Origin: a bacterium
GTDB taxonomy: Bacteria; Verrucomicrobiota; Lentisphaeria; Victivallales; GWF2-38-69
NCBI GenBank assembly: GCA_021781705.1
Contig: JAJXWI010000003.1
Span: 2,919-66,918, forward strand
DNA: 64,000 nt
Direction of reading: 5' to 3'
Shown: in pieces, positions 40,248 to 49,433 of the stretch
Layout of the letters: each line of letters begins with the position of its first letter
How positions within the stretch are numbered: the first letter of the stretch is position 1
Notes under the pieces: model-generated
Told to the model about the DNA's origin: nothing
The model's database searches: none
Seen by the model: the letters and a program-made list of their open reading frames with translations, nothing else
Made by a program: the position numbers and the translations under genes

Positions 40248-42089
40248 TTATTCCACTGTAACGCTTTTTGCAAGATTCCTAGGCTGATCTATCGAACACC
40301 CTCTTTCTTTTGCGACATAGTATGAAAAAAGCTGAAGAGCAACCACCGTAGGGATCGGCGCTATAAACTGCGAACATTTTGGAATCCAAATAACATCATT
40401 TACCATACTGGCAATTTCAGTATCGCCTTCAGTAGCTGTCGCTATAATGGGAGACTTTCGGGCTTTGCATTCTTGAATATTACTTATCATCTTGTCTTTA
40501 CCAGGAATATCATTCGCCAGCGCAATAACAGGCACTCTTTCTTCAAGCAAGGCAATCGGTCCGTGTTTAAGCTCCGCAGCATGGTAGCCTTCCGCATGTA
40601 TATAGCTTATCTCTTTAAGTTTTAGAGCTCCTTCAAGAGCTACAGGATATAAATATCCGCGACCTATGTAAAAAGCATTTTCAGCTTTGGCATATTTTTT
40701 TGCGATTTTTTGAATGTCTTTGGCTCTTTTTAAAACCTCTCTTACAATATCTGGGGTTTTTATGATCTCTTCGATAATTTCTATGCCACGCTGCCTGGAA
40801 AACCTTTTAGCTCTCCCAAGCTTTAACGCCATCATAAGAAGAACAATCACCTGACATGTAAATGCTTTCGTCGAAGCAACACCAATTTCTGGTCCTGCAT
40901 GCAGATAGACCCCGACGCCCGTCTCTCTCGCAATCGTAGACCCTACTATATTACAAATTCCTGCGACAACCGCACCTTTGTTCTTTCCCTCTCTTACAGC
41001 AGCAAGAGTATCAGCCGTTTCACCTGACTGACTAATAGCCAATACCAATGTGTCAGGCCTAATTATAGGATTTCTATACCTGAATTCTGCAGCTTGCGCA
41101 ACTTCCGTAGGAAGATCCGCAATGTCTTCAAAATAATACTCTCCTACAAGTCCCGCATTATAACTCGTCCCGCACGCCGCAATTATCACATTTGATATTG
41201 ACGCTAACTCTCTCGAAGAATACCCAAGCCCGCTTAACACAGAAGATCCGTCTTCAAAATTAAGCCGTCCTCTTGTCCCATTGGTTATAGCCTCTGGCTG
41301 TTCAAAGATTTCCTTTATCATAAAGTGCTCGTATCCACCTTTTTCCGCAGCATTAGCGTCCCAATCTATATGCGCAAGTTCCCTTGTCACCGGAATTATG
41401 TCTATATTCCTGATATCAACCTCTTCAGCCCTGAGAACTGCAATATCCCCATCATCAAGGTAAATAACTTTTCTGGTATACGAAATAAGCGCAGAGACAT
41501 CACTTGCAACAATCATCTCATCATTCCCTACTCCAATAATTATTGGGCTTCCTTTCCTTGCCGCAATAATGGTGTCTGGATGCGCCTTGGAAATCACAGC
41601 AATCCCGTAAGTCCCGCTGAGCTGTTTTAAGGAAGCGGCGACAGCCTTCAAAAAATCGCCCTCATAAAGTTCTGAAATCAAATGAACTATAACTTCCGTA
41701 TCTGTTTCTGAAACAAACTTGTGCCCTTTGCCTATCAAATGTTCTTTTAGTGACGCGTAGTTTTCTATTATGCCGTTATGAACAAGCGCAAAGTTACCCT
41801 TTTCATCAAGGTGTGGATGTGCATTTTTCTCTGTAGGCGCACCATGAGTAGCCCATCTGGTATGCGCAATTCCTATACTTAATTCATTTTCATTCTGGCT
41901 AAAAGAAACCTTATCTACCGCCTCCCTTAAAGCATCCACCTTTCCTGTTCTCTTAATGACCTTTATCTGACTCTCTTTCAAAATAGCGATTCCGGCAGAA
42001 TCATACCCCCTATATTCCAACCTTTTCAATCCGTTTAACAATGTATTGACAATGGGTCTTTTCCCGACATATCCAACAATACCGCACAT
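40248..42089 (-). CDS. glmS: Glutamine--fructose-6-phosphate aminotransferase
   Basis: MCGIVGY N-terminal nucleophile, two SIS domains, C-terminal KSVTVE. Confidence 0.95.
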   Translation of the reverse strand: MCGIVGYVGKRPIVNTLLNGLKRLEYRGYDSAGIAILKESQIKVIKRTGKVDALREAVDKVSFSQNENELSIGIAHTRWATHGAPTEKNAHPHLDEKGNFALVHNGIIENYASLKEHLIGKGHKFVSETDTEVIVHLISELYEGDFLKAVAASLKQLSGTYGIAVISKAHPDTIIAARKGSPIIIGVGNDEMIVASDVSALISYTRKVIYLDDGDIAVLRAEEVDIRNIDIIPVTRELAHIDWDANAAEKGGYEHFMIKEIFEQPEAITNGTRGRLNFEDGSSVLSGLGYSSRELASISNVIIAACGTSYNAGLVGEYYFEDIADLPTEVAQAAEFRYRNPIIRPDTLVLAISQSGETADTLAAVREGKNKGAVVAGICNIVGSTIARETGVGVYLHAGPEIGVASTKAFTCQVIVLLMMALKLGRAKRFSRQRGIEIIEEIIKTPDIVREVLKRAKDIQKIAKKYAKAENAFYIGRGYLYPVALEGALKLKEISYIHAEGYHAAELKHGPIALLEERVPVIALANDIPGKDKMISNIQECKARKSPIIATATEGDTEIASMVNDVIWIPKCSQFIAPIPTVVALQLFSYYVAKERGCSIDQPRNLAKSVTVE

Positions 42090-42300
42090 AAATTTATCTC
42101 CTGTTCTATATAAAATAGTAATAAACCTTTAAACAATAATATTTTTCAGATAAGAAAAAAAACAAGCTATTAAACATCTTTAGTACTGCGCGTTTGTAAA
42201 ATAAACATTTGTTTTTTCTCTGTTTGACTTAATTTAAATGCCTTGTAAGGTATACTTCATCTCATGATTTTATAGGTAATAAAAATTTTAAAGGAGTATT

Positions 42301-42414
42301 ATGGGAAAGCAGTATAATAAATGTGAAAAAAGAGCTAGACGCAAAAGACACGACGACAGGCTAAAAGAAAAAGTAAAAAAAGTAATCAAAGCTAAAGCTA
42401 AAGTTAAAAAATAA
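42301..42414 (+). CDS. Candidate small highly basic protein (37 aa)
   Basis: AAAGGAG 4-5 nt upstream of ATG; MGKQYNKCEKRARRKRHDDRLKEKVKKVIKAKAKVKK; below the ORF-track cutoff. Confidence 0.35.
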   Translation: MGKQYNKCEKRARRKRHDDRLKEKVKKVIKAKAKVKK

Positions 42415-42415
42415 A

Positions 42416-43267
42416 TCAGACTATTATTCCAAAATATAAAAGCAGAACATAGAATAGCGGCGCATTAATAAGCAGGCTATCTACCAAGTCTAAAACACCT
42501 CCTATTCCGGGAATTGCATTTCCGGAATCTTTTATTTCTGCACACCTTTTCAGTGAAGATTCAGCCAAATCTCCTATAAACCCGCCGATGAATAATCCTG
42601 CACCAAGCACTATCGCCGTAACCATTGGGATTTGATATAAACGGCACATAATCACCGACACAACAATAGATGTAATAAGTCCTCCAATGGTACCTTCCCA
42701 GGATTTCTTAGGACTTATTGAAGGAATAATTTTATGATTCCCGTTTTTAATTTTAGATGTTAACGTTCCGATGGTATATGCACCAATGTCGCCAAACTTG
42801 GTAACAAGAATCAAAAAGACAACTAAATTTACGCCAAGATAATGAAGCCCATAGTCTTGCATAAATATCAGCGTTATAAAATTCATCGGAATTATTAAAA
42901 TTACAAAAACACTTGCCAAATTTATGGCTTTCAAAATTTCCTCTTTCTTATTGATGGAAAGTAAAATTTTTACCCATAATACTATTATAAAAATAACAAG
43001 TACGAATATGCCGGTACCAATATCGGGTTCATAAATACCGTTAAAAATAAAAATGGCAAAAACAAAAGCCGCAAACACCTCATTTGCATATGCAAATTTA
43101 CTAAGCCCAAACTTACAGAAAATAAGCGAAAGTTCTCTCGCCGCAAATATGGACAAAAAGATGCCAACAATAATAAAAATAGTTAACCCCAGAGCTCCCT
43201 TTATAAGAACAATGAAAAAGAAAACTGCCAATATAAGTACACTGCTAAAAAGTCTTGGTAAAAACAT
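42416..43267 (-). CDS. cdsA: Phosphatidate cytidylyltransferase
   Basis: Polytopic; C-terminal signature SSLKRCAEIKDSGNAIPGIGGVLDLVDS (the usual His and Arg positions read Ile and Leu). Confidence 0.8.
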   Translation of the reverse strand: MFLPRLFSSVLILAVFFFIVLIKGALGLTIFIIVGIFLSIFAARELSLIFCKFGLSKFAYANEVFAAFVFAIFIFNGIYEPDIGTGIFVLVIFIIVLWVKILLSINKKEEILKAINLASVFVILIIPMNFITLIFMQDYGLHYLGVNLVVFLILVTKFGDIGAYTIGTLTSKIKNGNHKIIPSISPKKSWEGTIGGLITSIVVSVIMCRLYQIPMVTAIVLGAGLFIGGFIGDLAESSLKRCAEIKDSGNAIPGIGGVLDLVDSLLINAPLFYVLLLYFGIIV

Positions 43268-43981
43268 TTACACTCCTCCGTGTCGTCTTTCTCTCTTATA
43301 ATAATTTTTAATAGCTTCTTCAAAATCCTTCTCCCCAAAATCAGGCCATAGTACATCAGTAACCCAAAGTTCAGAATAGGACAATTGCCACAATAAAAAG
43401 TTGCTAATCCTCATCTCCCCGCTGGTACGTATCATAAGGTCAGGATCGGGAACATCAGGTGCATATAAATACTTCGAAAAAAGCTTCTCGTCTATATCTT
43501 CAGGGCTAAGTTCTTTATTTTCAACATCCGTTGCTATTTTTTTAACAGCATCAACTATCTCTGCCCTGCCTCCATAACTTAGCGCCAATATTAACTGCCT
43601 GTCCGTGTAATGGCTTGTATCTTTTATAACCTTTTTTAATACGGTTCTGGTTATGTATGGAAGATCATCAATTCTTCCTATAACCCTAAGCCTTGTCTCA
43701 TTTTTTTTTAAAAAAGATAAATTCCCTTCCAGAAACTCTTTTAAAAGAGACATAAGCCCCGAAACTTCGTCTTTCGTCCTTTTCCAGTTCTCTGTACTAA
43801 AAGCGTATAGTGTAATATATTCTATATCAAAAGCCTTTGCCGCTTTGAGCACTCTCTCTACCGTTTTTGCCCCTTCTTTATGCCCTTCACTCCTTGGCAA
43901 TCCCCTTTGTTTTGCCCACCTCCCGTTTCCATCCATTATTATCGCAACGTGCTTAATTTTCTTTTCCGGAGTTTCAGCCAT
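43268..43981 (-). CDS. uppS: Undecaprenyl-diphosphate synthase
   Basis: HVAIIMDGNGRWA, YAFSTENWKR, RTSGEMRISNFLLWQ. Confidence 0.9.
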   Translation of the reverse strand: MAETPEKKIKHVAIIMDGNGRWAKQRGLPRSEGHKEGAKTVERVLKAAKAFDIEYITLYAFSTENWKRTKDEVSGLMSLLKEFLEGNLSFLKKNETRLRVIGRIDDLPYITRTVLKKVIKDTSHYTDRQLILALSYGGRAEIVDAVKKIATDVENKELSPEDIDEKLFSKYLYAPDVPDPDLMIRTSGEMRISNFLLWQLSYSELWVTDVLWPDFGEKDFEEAIKNYYKRERRHGGV

Positions 43982-44612
43982 AGAAATATTCCTCCAGCAT
44001 TAAACAGAGTGTGTGGTATATAGGTAGATGGTATTCTTGAATTTTATAAGTCTCTTTCTCCGGTACTTTAATTGTCTTATCTGCAATTTTAGCACATTTC
44101 CCCCCGTGCACCCCTGTAAGCAATACTGTCTTTACACCAATCACAGAGGCGACGTGCATAGCGCGCATTACATTCCTGGCATTGCCTGAAGTGGAAATAG
44201 CAAATAACAGATCCCCGGGCTTAGCCAATACATACAATTGCTGAGCGAAAACCATTTCCGCATTTACATCGTTGGCGAATGCAGAATGTAAAGCCGGATG
44301 GCTCATCAAGGATATGGCTCTTAGCCCCATTTGAAGCGATTTTGATAAAAAAAGTCCTTCCTCTCCGTACAGACTTTCAAGCTTTTTTTTCATATTATCA
44401 TCTTTTAAATTCCTTGGAAGCGCAAATCCTTTCATCAATTCCCCAACTATGTGCTCAGAATCAGAGGCGCTTCCTCCATTCCCACAAACAAAAAGAGTCC
44501 CCTCTTTTTTATAACATTCTTTGATTATTTCGAATACTTCGGTTATATCTGTTTCCAGAGATGATAATTCCTTATATCTTGATAAAAGAGATGTTAAATA
44601 TTTACTTGTCAT
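43974..44612 (-). CDS. gmhA: SIS-domain sedoheptulose-7-phosphate isomerase (GmhA-like)
   Basis: CGNGGSASDSEH, ISTSGN, IQEYHL pattern parallel to GmhA; 8-nt overlap with uppS. Confidence 0.7.
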   Translation of the reverse strand: MTSKYLTSLLSRYKELSSLETDITEVFEIIKECYKKEGTLFVCGNGGSASDSEHIVGELMKGFALPRNLKDDNMKKKLESLYGEEGLFLSKSLQMGLRAISLMSHPALHSAFANDVNAEMVFAQQLYVLAKPGDLLFAISTSGNARNVMRAMHVASVIGVKTVLLTGVHGGKCAKIADKTIKVPEKETYKIQEYHLPIYHTLCLMLEEYFYG

Positions 44613-44856
44613 ATTAGTGTATTTTTAGTGTTGATAACTTTATTAATACTGTTCATAATATTGTCTATGAAAAAACAATTAACATTCGATATATTATAAG
44701 TCAACATAATATTAACACCATCAATTTTAGGTAAATTGTATCTGTTTAGTGGTTTTATAAACATTATTTACACGTTATAATAATACGGATTTATAAAGTA
44801 TATTAAGATATTGTTATAATAAGTATTGTTAATATCTAAAATAATTCGGAGAAAAA

Positions 44857-45951
44857 ATGAAAATAAAAGTTTCGAAAAATGTTTTATTAACGGCTCTTCA
44901 AAAGGTTGACAGCATAGTAGGAAGCAGGTCCACACTACAAATACTGAGTAATGTTTTTATAAAGGCTGTGGATAATAAACTTATTCTTGTAACTACAGAC
45001 TTGGACATCCGCATTAAAAAAGAAATACATGCCGAAGTAATAGAACCTGGGGAAACAACATTGCCGGTCAAGAAGTTTTTTGAAATAGCCAGAGAATTAT
45101 TAGGTGATGAAGTATATCTGGAAACAGAGCAAAATCATATGACAATAAGAAATGGCAGTGCAAATTTTAAACTTTTAGGCCTGCCTGCTGATGATTTTCC
45201 TGCGCCTGATGAAAGTTCAGTAATAAGAAGTTTCACTATAAATCAAAATGAATTATCTAGAATTCTTAATTTGATATCTTATGCCGTAAAACAAGATGAG
45301 ACTAGAAAATCATTGAATGGAATACTCCTGAGCACAAGTGAAAATAATATTACCAGCGTGGCAACGGATGGAAGGCGGCTTGCTCTTGTTGAGAGAGGTC
45401 TCGAAAATTTTACAGGCACTGACGGCAATGTTATTATTCCAATAAAGAGCGCCAAAGAACTTGGAAAGCTATTAGGAAAAACAGGGTCGGTAAGGATAGA
45501 AATTTCGGTTAACCTTGTAAATTTCATTATGGATGATGCTACAGTTATGACTACAAAAATAATTGAAGAAAATTATCCTAATTACAGGCAGGTCATACCG
45601 GTAGCTTTTTCCAAAAACATTAATGTAAAAAAAGAAAGCTTTCTTTCTATTTTAAAAAGAGTGTCGACGGTTGTTTCCGAAAGAAGTAGTTACATAAAAG
45701 TAGTTTTTTCTAAAAATAAACTGGAAATGAGTGCGGCAAGCACTGAATTTGGAGAAAGCTGCGATTTTATGGAGATAGAATATGATGGGCCTGAGATAAT
45801 AATCTCTTTCAATCCAATATTCTTAAAAGAACCATTAGAACATATTGATTCTGATAATGTTTCGATAAAAATGAACGATGGCTCCAGTCCTGTAGCCCTA
45901 TCAAATGATGATGGTTTTCTATATGTTGTAATGCCTATGCGTAATAAGTGA
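44857..45951 (+). CDS. dnaN: DNA polymerase III beta sliding clamp
   Basis: 364 aa, three-domain clamp pattern, ATDGRRLA motif, C-terminal MPMR; followed by recF. Confidence 0.9.
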   Translation: MKIKVSKNVLLTALQKVDSIVGSRSTLQILSNVFIKAVDNKLILVTTDLDIRIKKEIHAEVIEPGETTLPVKKFFEIARELLGDEVYLETEQNHMTIRNGSANFKLLGLPADDFPAPDESSVIRSFTINQNELSRILNLISYAVKQDETRKSLNGILLSTSENNITSVATDGRRLALVERGLENFTGTDGNVIIPIKSAKELGKLLGKTGSVRIEISVNLVNFIMDDATVMTTKIIEENYPNYRQVIPVAFSKNINVKKESFLSILKRVSTVVSERSSYIKVVFSKNKLEMSAASTEFGESCDFMEIEYDGPEIIISFNPIFLKEPLEHIDSDNVSIKMNDGSSPVALSNDDGFLYVVMPMRNK

Positions 45952-47024
45952 TGATAGAACGACTGATTTTGTCCAATTTTAGAAACTATCAGAGTCAGGA
46001 TATAAAATTTGGGGGGAAAGTAAATATTCTGACAGGAGAAAACGGGCAAGGCAAGACGAATGTATTGGAGGCAATATATTTTCTTTCATTTTTAAGATCC
46101 TTCAGGACAACTTGTATAGATGATTTGAAAAAAATTGGGACAGCAGGTTTTTATTTAGGAGCAGTATTGCTGTCAGAAAAATGGAATAGATTAATAGAAG
46201 TTGAAAATTTTGATAAAAAATCTTTAAGGATAGATAAACTTCCGATAAAAAAATCAAGCGATTTTATAGGGTTGATAAAGCCTATAGTTTTCAGCCATGA
46301 AGATATAAAATTCATAACAGGTACGGCTAAAACCAGAAGAAGAAATCTTGACATATTTATTTCATTGCTGAATAAAAGCTACTTTTCAGACTTGCAGAAT
46401 TATGTGGCGGCTCTGAAATCCCGTAATTTTATGCTCAGACTTGCAGAAAAGGATTTAAAAGCTATAGAATCTTACGAGCCCGTGCTAGCTTCTTACGGGG
46501 AAAAAATAGTTCTTGAAAGATATAGGGTTGTTTCTCTGCTTGAGGAAAAAGCGGATAAAATCATTAAGGAAATAAAAGGGAATGAGTTTTCGCTGAAAAA
46601 AAAATACTTTTCACGTATTAAATTTGAAGATTCCAATAGAGACTGCATTTTACGTCACATGGCTCAGGAAAGGCAAAGAGATATTAAAAGGGGCTACTCA
46701 GGAGTGGGGCCGCATTTGGATGATGTAGAGTTATATCTAAATAACAGAAGTTTGAAGTCTTTCGGGTCTATTGGCGAGTGTCGTATCGCGTCTTTGTGTT
46801 TGAAGCTTGCGGAGGCTGAGATAATAACGGAAAAAGATAGCCAGACGAGCATCGCGCTTGTTGATGATGTCAGCGGTGAACTTGATGCAAAAACCAAGGA
46901 TGCTTTTTACAAAACGATAGACAGGTTCAGCCAGGTGTTTTTGACTTTTACAAAAGTTCAAAAAGAGTCTTATTTTGAAAAATCCACTAATTACTTTGTA
47001 AAAGAAGGAACTGTGTGCTGCTAA
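45948..47024 (+). CDS. recF: DNA replication/repair protein RecF
   Basis: FRNY...GENGQGKTN Walker A, ATGA overlap with dnaN, C-terminal LVDDVSGELD Walker B. Confidence 0.85.
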   Translation: MMIERLILSNFRNYQSQDIKFGGKVNILTGENGQGKTNVLEAIYFLSFLRSFRTTCIDDLKKIGTAGFYLGAVLLSEKWNRLIEVENFDKKSLRIDKLPIKKSSDFIGLIKPIVFSHEDIKFITGTAKTRRRNLDIFISLLNKSYFSDLQNYVAALKSRNFMLRLAEKDLKAIESYEPVLASYGEKIVLERYRVVSLLEEKADKIIKEIKGNEFSLKKKYFSRIKFEDSNRDCILRHMAQERQRDIKRGYSGVGPHLDDVELYLNNRSLKSFGSIGECRIASLCLKLAEAEIITEKDSQTSIALVDDVSGELDAKTKDAFYKTIDRFSQVFLTFTKVQKESYFEKSTNYFVKEGTVCC

Positions 47025-47030
47025 CTTCTT

Positions 47031-49202
47031 ATGTGCAACTTGTTACTTAAAAAATGTTGTTTTGTTTTTGTCAGGATTTTTTATAGAGTCAGAATTTTTG
47101 GGCTTGAGAATATCCCCAAAAATGAAGCTGTAATTTTCGAGTCAAATTACAGCTCGGCAATGGATCATTTGTTTATCGCGCTTGCGTGCAAAAGAAATGT
47201 CTGTTGTGTAATTCCGAAGCAAAACAGATCATTTTTGTTCTCTTTTATTTTTAAAATCTTAAAGTGCATAGAAGAACCTCAAGAAAAAACACTCCAGACG
47301 CATGCCGAATTTATAAAAAAAATAAAAAAAGCTTTGGCACAAAAAAGGGCACTCTGTTTTTTCCCTGAAAATCAGGTAACAAAAAATGGGCTCATAGGAA
47401 AGTTTCATGATAAACTTGCTGATATTGCATGGGAATATTCACAAGTAAAAATAGTTCCGGTTTATATTGGTCCGCCATTGCGCGGGAAAAATGGGTACGA
47501 AAAAAATATAAGAAAAAAAGGATTTATCAATGTTTGTTTTGGGAATACCATGTCCATTGACACAGAGCCATACAAGGTCAGAAATGCCGTCATGGAGCTT
47601 TCTGCAGAGGTAGAATATCTGCCAAGACACAATGAAAAAACATTGCATTACGCTTTTTTAAATAATGCAAAGGCAAAACTGTGGAAAAAGCTCTTTCATG
47701 AGGCTGAAGGAAAAACTCTTTCCATGTTTGAGATACTTTTAAAGAGTTTGCTGCTTAGCAGAATAATAAAACAGAAACAAAAACAGAGCCGCTACATAGG
47801 AGTTTTACTGCCAAACAGCAATGCGGCAGCAATTTCCATTCTCTCCGTTATGTACGCGGATTTAGTGCCTGCGATATTAAATTTTTCGATGGCGCCTCTT
47901 GTCTTCAAAAGAGCTCTTGAGAAATCAGGGATAGATGTGATTTTAACCAGCAGGTTATTCATAGAGAAGATTAAGTTTGAAAAAATGGCTGAAATGGTTT
48001 TTTTAGAAGATATCGCAAAAGAAATAAATCCTGTGGACAAGCTGTTTTTTGTATTGGCAATTTTATTTTTGCCTTCAGTGGTGCTCATAAGATTATTTTC
48101 AAAAGCAAGCTATGCAAACTTGCGAAATGCTGCGGTCTTGCTTTTTTCAAGCGGTTCCAGCGGCACGCCTAAGGGGGTTATCCTTTCTCATCATAATGTA
48201 AACAGTAATGTTAATTCATTCATAAATATTATGGGGATGCAGGCTGGGATGGATAAAATATCAGGATGCCTTCCTCTATTTCATTCGTTCGGGATGAATA
48301 TTTGTTTCTGGGTGCCGCTAATGTACGGGGTTAGCGTTGTTTTTATAAAAAATCCTCTTGAAATAGATGAAGTAATAAAAAGCATAAGGGATTATAAATT
48401 AACGCTTTTGGCAACAACCCCGACCATATTGAATGCGTATATTAAAAAATCAGAAAGATCAGATTTTAAAACGCTAAGGCTGCTTATTCTCGGGGGCGAG
48501 AAATTCAATTCTAAGGACGCTAAGGGAATAAGAAATCTGACAGGGATAGAGCCCATTGAAGGATTTGGGTGTACAGAACTTTCTCCTGTAGTATCGATAA
48601 ATATAGCTGATGATTTCAAAGATTTTAGCACAATGTCAGGAAAGGTTGGAAGCATAGGAAAAGCTTTGCCCGGGATAGCTGCAAAAATAGTTAATCAGGA
48701 TACATGGAAGGATGTACTTCCTGATCGAAAAGGTTTGCTTTTGATAAAGTCTCCATCCGTCATGGAAGGATATTTATCTGAAGAAGCTACAAAAAATGCG
48801 ATTATTGACGGATGGTATAATACCGGAGATATTGCCTCGATTGACGAAGAAGGATATATAACCATTGTCGGGAGAGTTTCAAGATTTAGCAAAATAGCCG
48901 GAGAAATGGTGTCCCACGAGCTTATTGAAGCCCTGATTTATGAATATTTGAATATTGGCGACAGGTTGCTGGCTGTTATGGGAGTAAAGGATGCTATGAA
49001 GGGAGAACGACTTCTTGTTCTTTATTCGGGGTTAAAATTAAACCCTCATAAAATTATTGGCTTTCTACTGAAAAAGGGGCTTTCTAATCTTTGGATTCCC
49101 AAAATTAAGGACTTTATTAAAATAGACGAAATTCCTCTTCTTGGAACAGGCAAGATGGATATTGCGAAACTGAATGAAGTGGCGCTGCGCTTTTCTTCCT
49201 AG
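47031..49202 (+). CDS. Bifunctional PlsC-like acyltransferase / acyl-ACP (AMP-forming) synthetase, Aas-like
   Basis: N-terminal acyltransferase domain (the HX4D box reads NYSSAMD), C-terminal AMP-binding domain SSGSSGTPKGV. Confidence 0.75.
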   Translation: MCNLLLKKCCFVFVRIFYRVRIFGLENIPKNEAVIFESNYSSAMDHLFIALACKRNVCCVIPKQNRSFLFSFIFKILKCIEEPQEKTLQTHAEFIKKIKKALAQKRALCFFPENQVTKNGLIGKFHDKLADIAWEYSQVKIVPVYIGPPLRGKNGYEKNIRKKGFINVCFGNTMSIDTEPYKVRNAVMELSAEVEYLPRHNEKTLHYAFLNNAKAKLWKKLFHEAEGKTLSMFEILLKSLLLSRIIKQKQKQSRYIGVLLPNSNAAAISILSVMYADLVPAILNFSMAPLVFKRALEKSGIDVILTSRLFIEKIKFEKMAEMVFLEDIAKEINPVDKLFFVLAILFLPSVVLIRLFSKASYANLRNAAVLLFSSGSSGTPKGVILSHHNVNSNVNSFINIMGMQAGMDKISGCLPLFHSFGMNICFWVPLMYGVSVVFIKNPLEIDEVIKSIRDYKLTLLATTPTILNAYIKKSERSDFKTLRLLILGGEKFNSKDAKGIRNLTGIEPIEGFGCTELSPVVSINIADDFKDFSTMSGKVGSIGKALPGIAAKIVNQDTWKDVLPDRKGLLLIKSPSVMEGYLSEEATKNAIIDGWYNTGDIASIDEEGYITIVGRVSRFSKIAGEMVSHELIEALIYEYLNIGDRLLAVMGVKDAMKGERLLVLYSGLKLNPHKIIGFLLKKGLSNLWIPKIKDFIKIDEIPLLGTGKMDIAKLNEVALRFSS

Positions 49203-49307
49203 CCCGGTTTTTTGAACACCCAAATGGCTTTTAATCATTAGGTGGGTTATACTAATGTCGCGTCGGGAATAAATGCTGAATGGAGTGTTGATAGTTCAGT
49301 AAAGCAT

Positions 49308-49410
49308 GTGGAGGGGCGAGCTTCGTCTCGTCCGCCCTTATTTTCGGCTCCGACGAAGCGGAGCCCTCCATCTCACTCACCAGTATTCGACATGTGCACA
49401 TAGTTTGGGG
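49308..49410 (+). repeat. Repeat module I (GTGGAGGG-bounded double hairpin + tail), copy 1
   Basis: Outer stem TGGAGGG/CCCTCCA enclosing GCGAG-CTTCGT-CTCGT and GGCTCCG-ACGAAG-CGGAGCC; a second copy lies at 61967-62078. Confidence 0.75.
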
Positions 49411-49433
49411 CAATATTTACATGGAGTGTTGGT

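Noticed and set aside
42090-42300. glmS ribozyme upstream of glmS
   Set aside because: The leader is AT-rich with no conserved GC-rich core. Nothing resembles the ribozyme.
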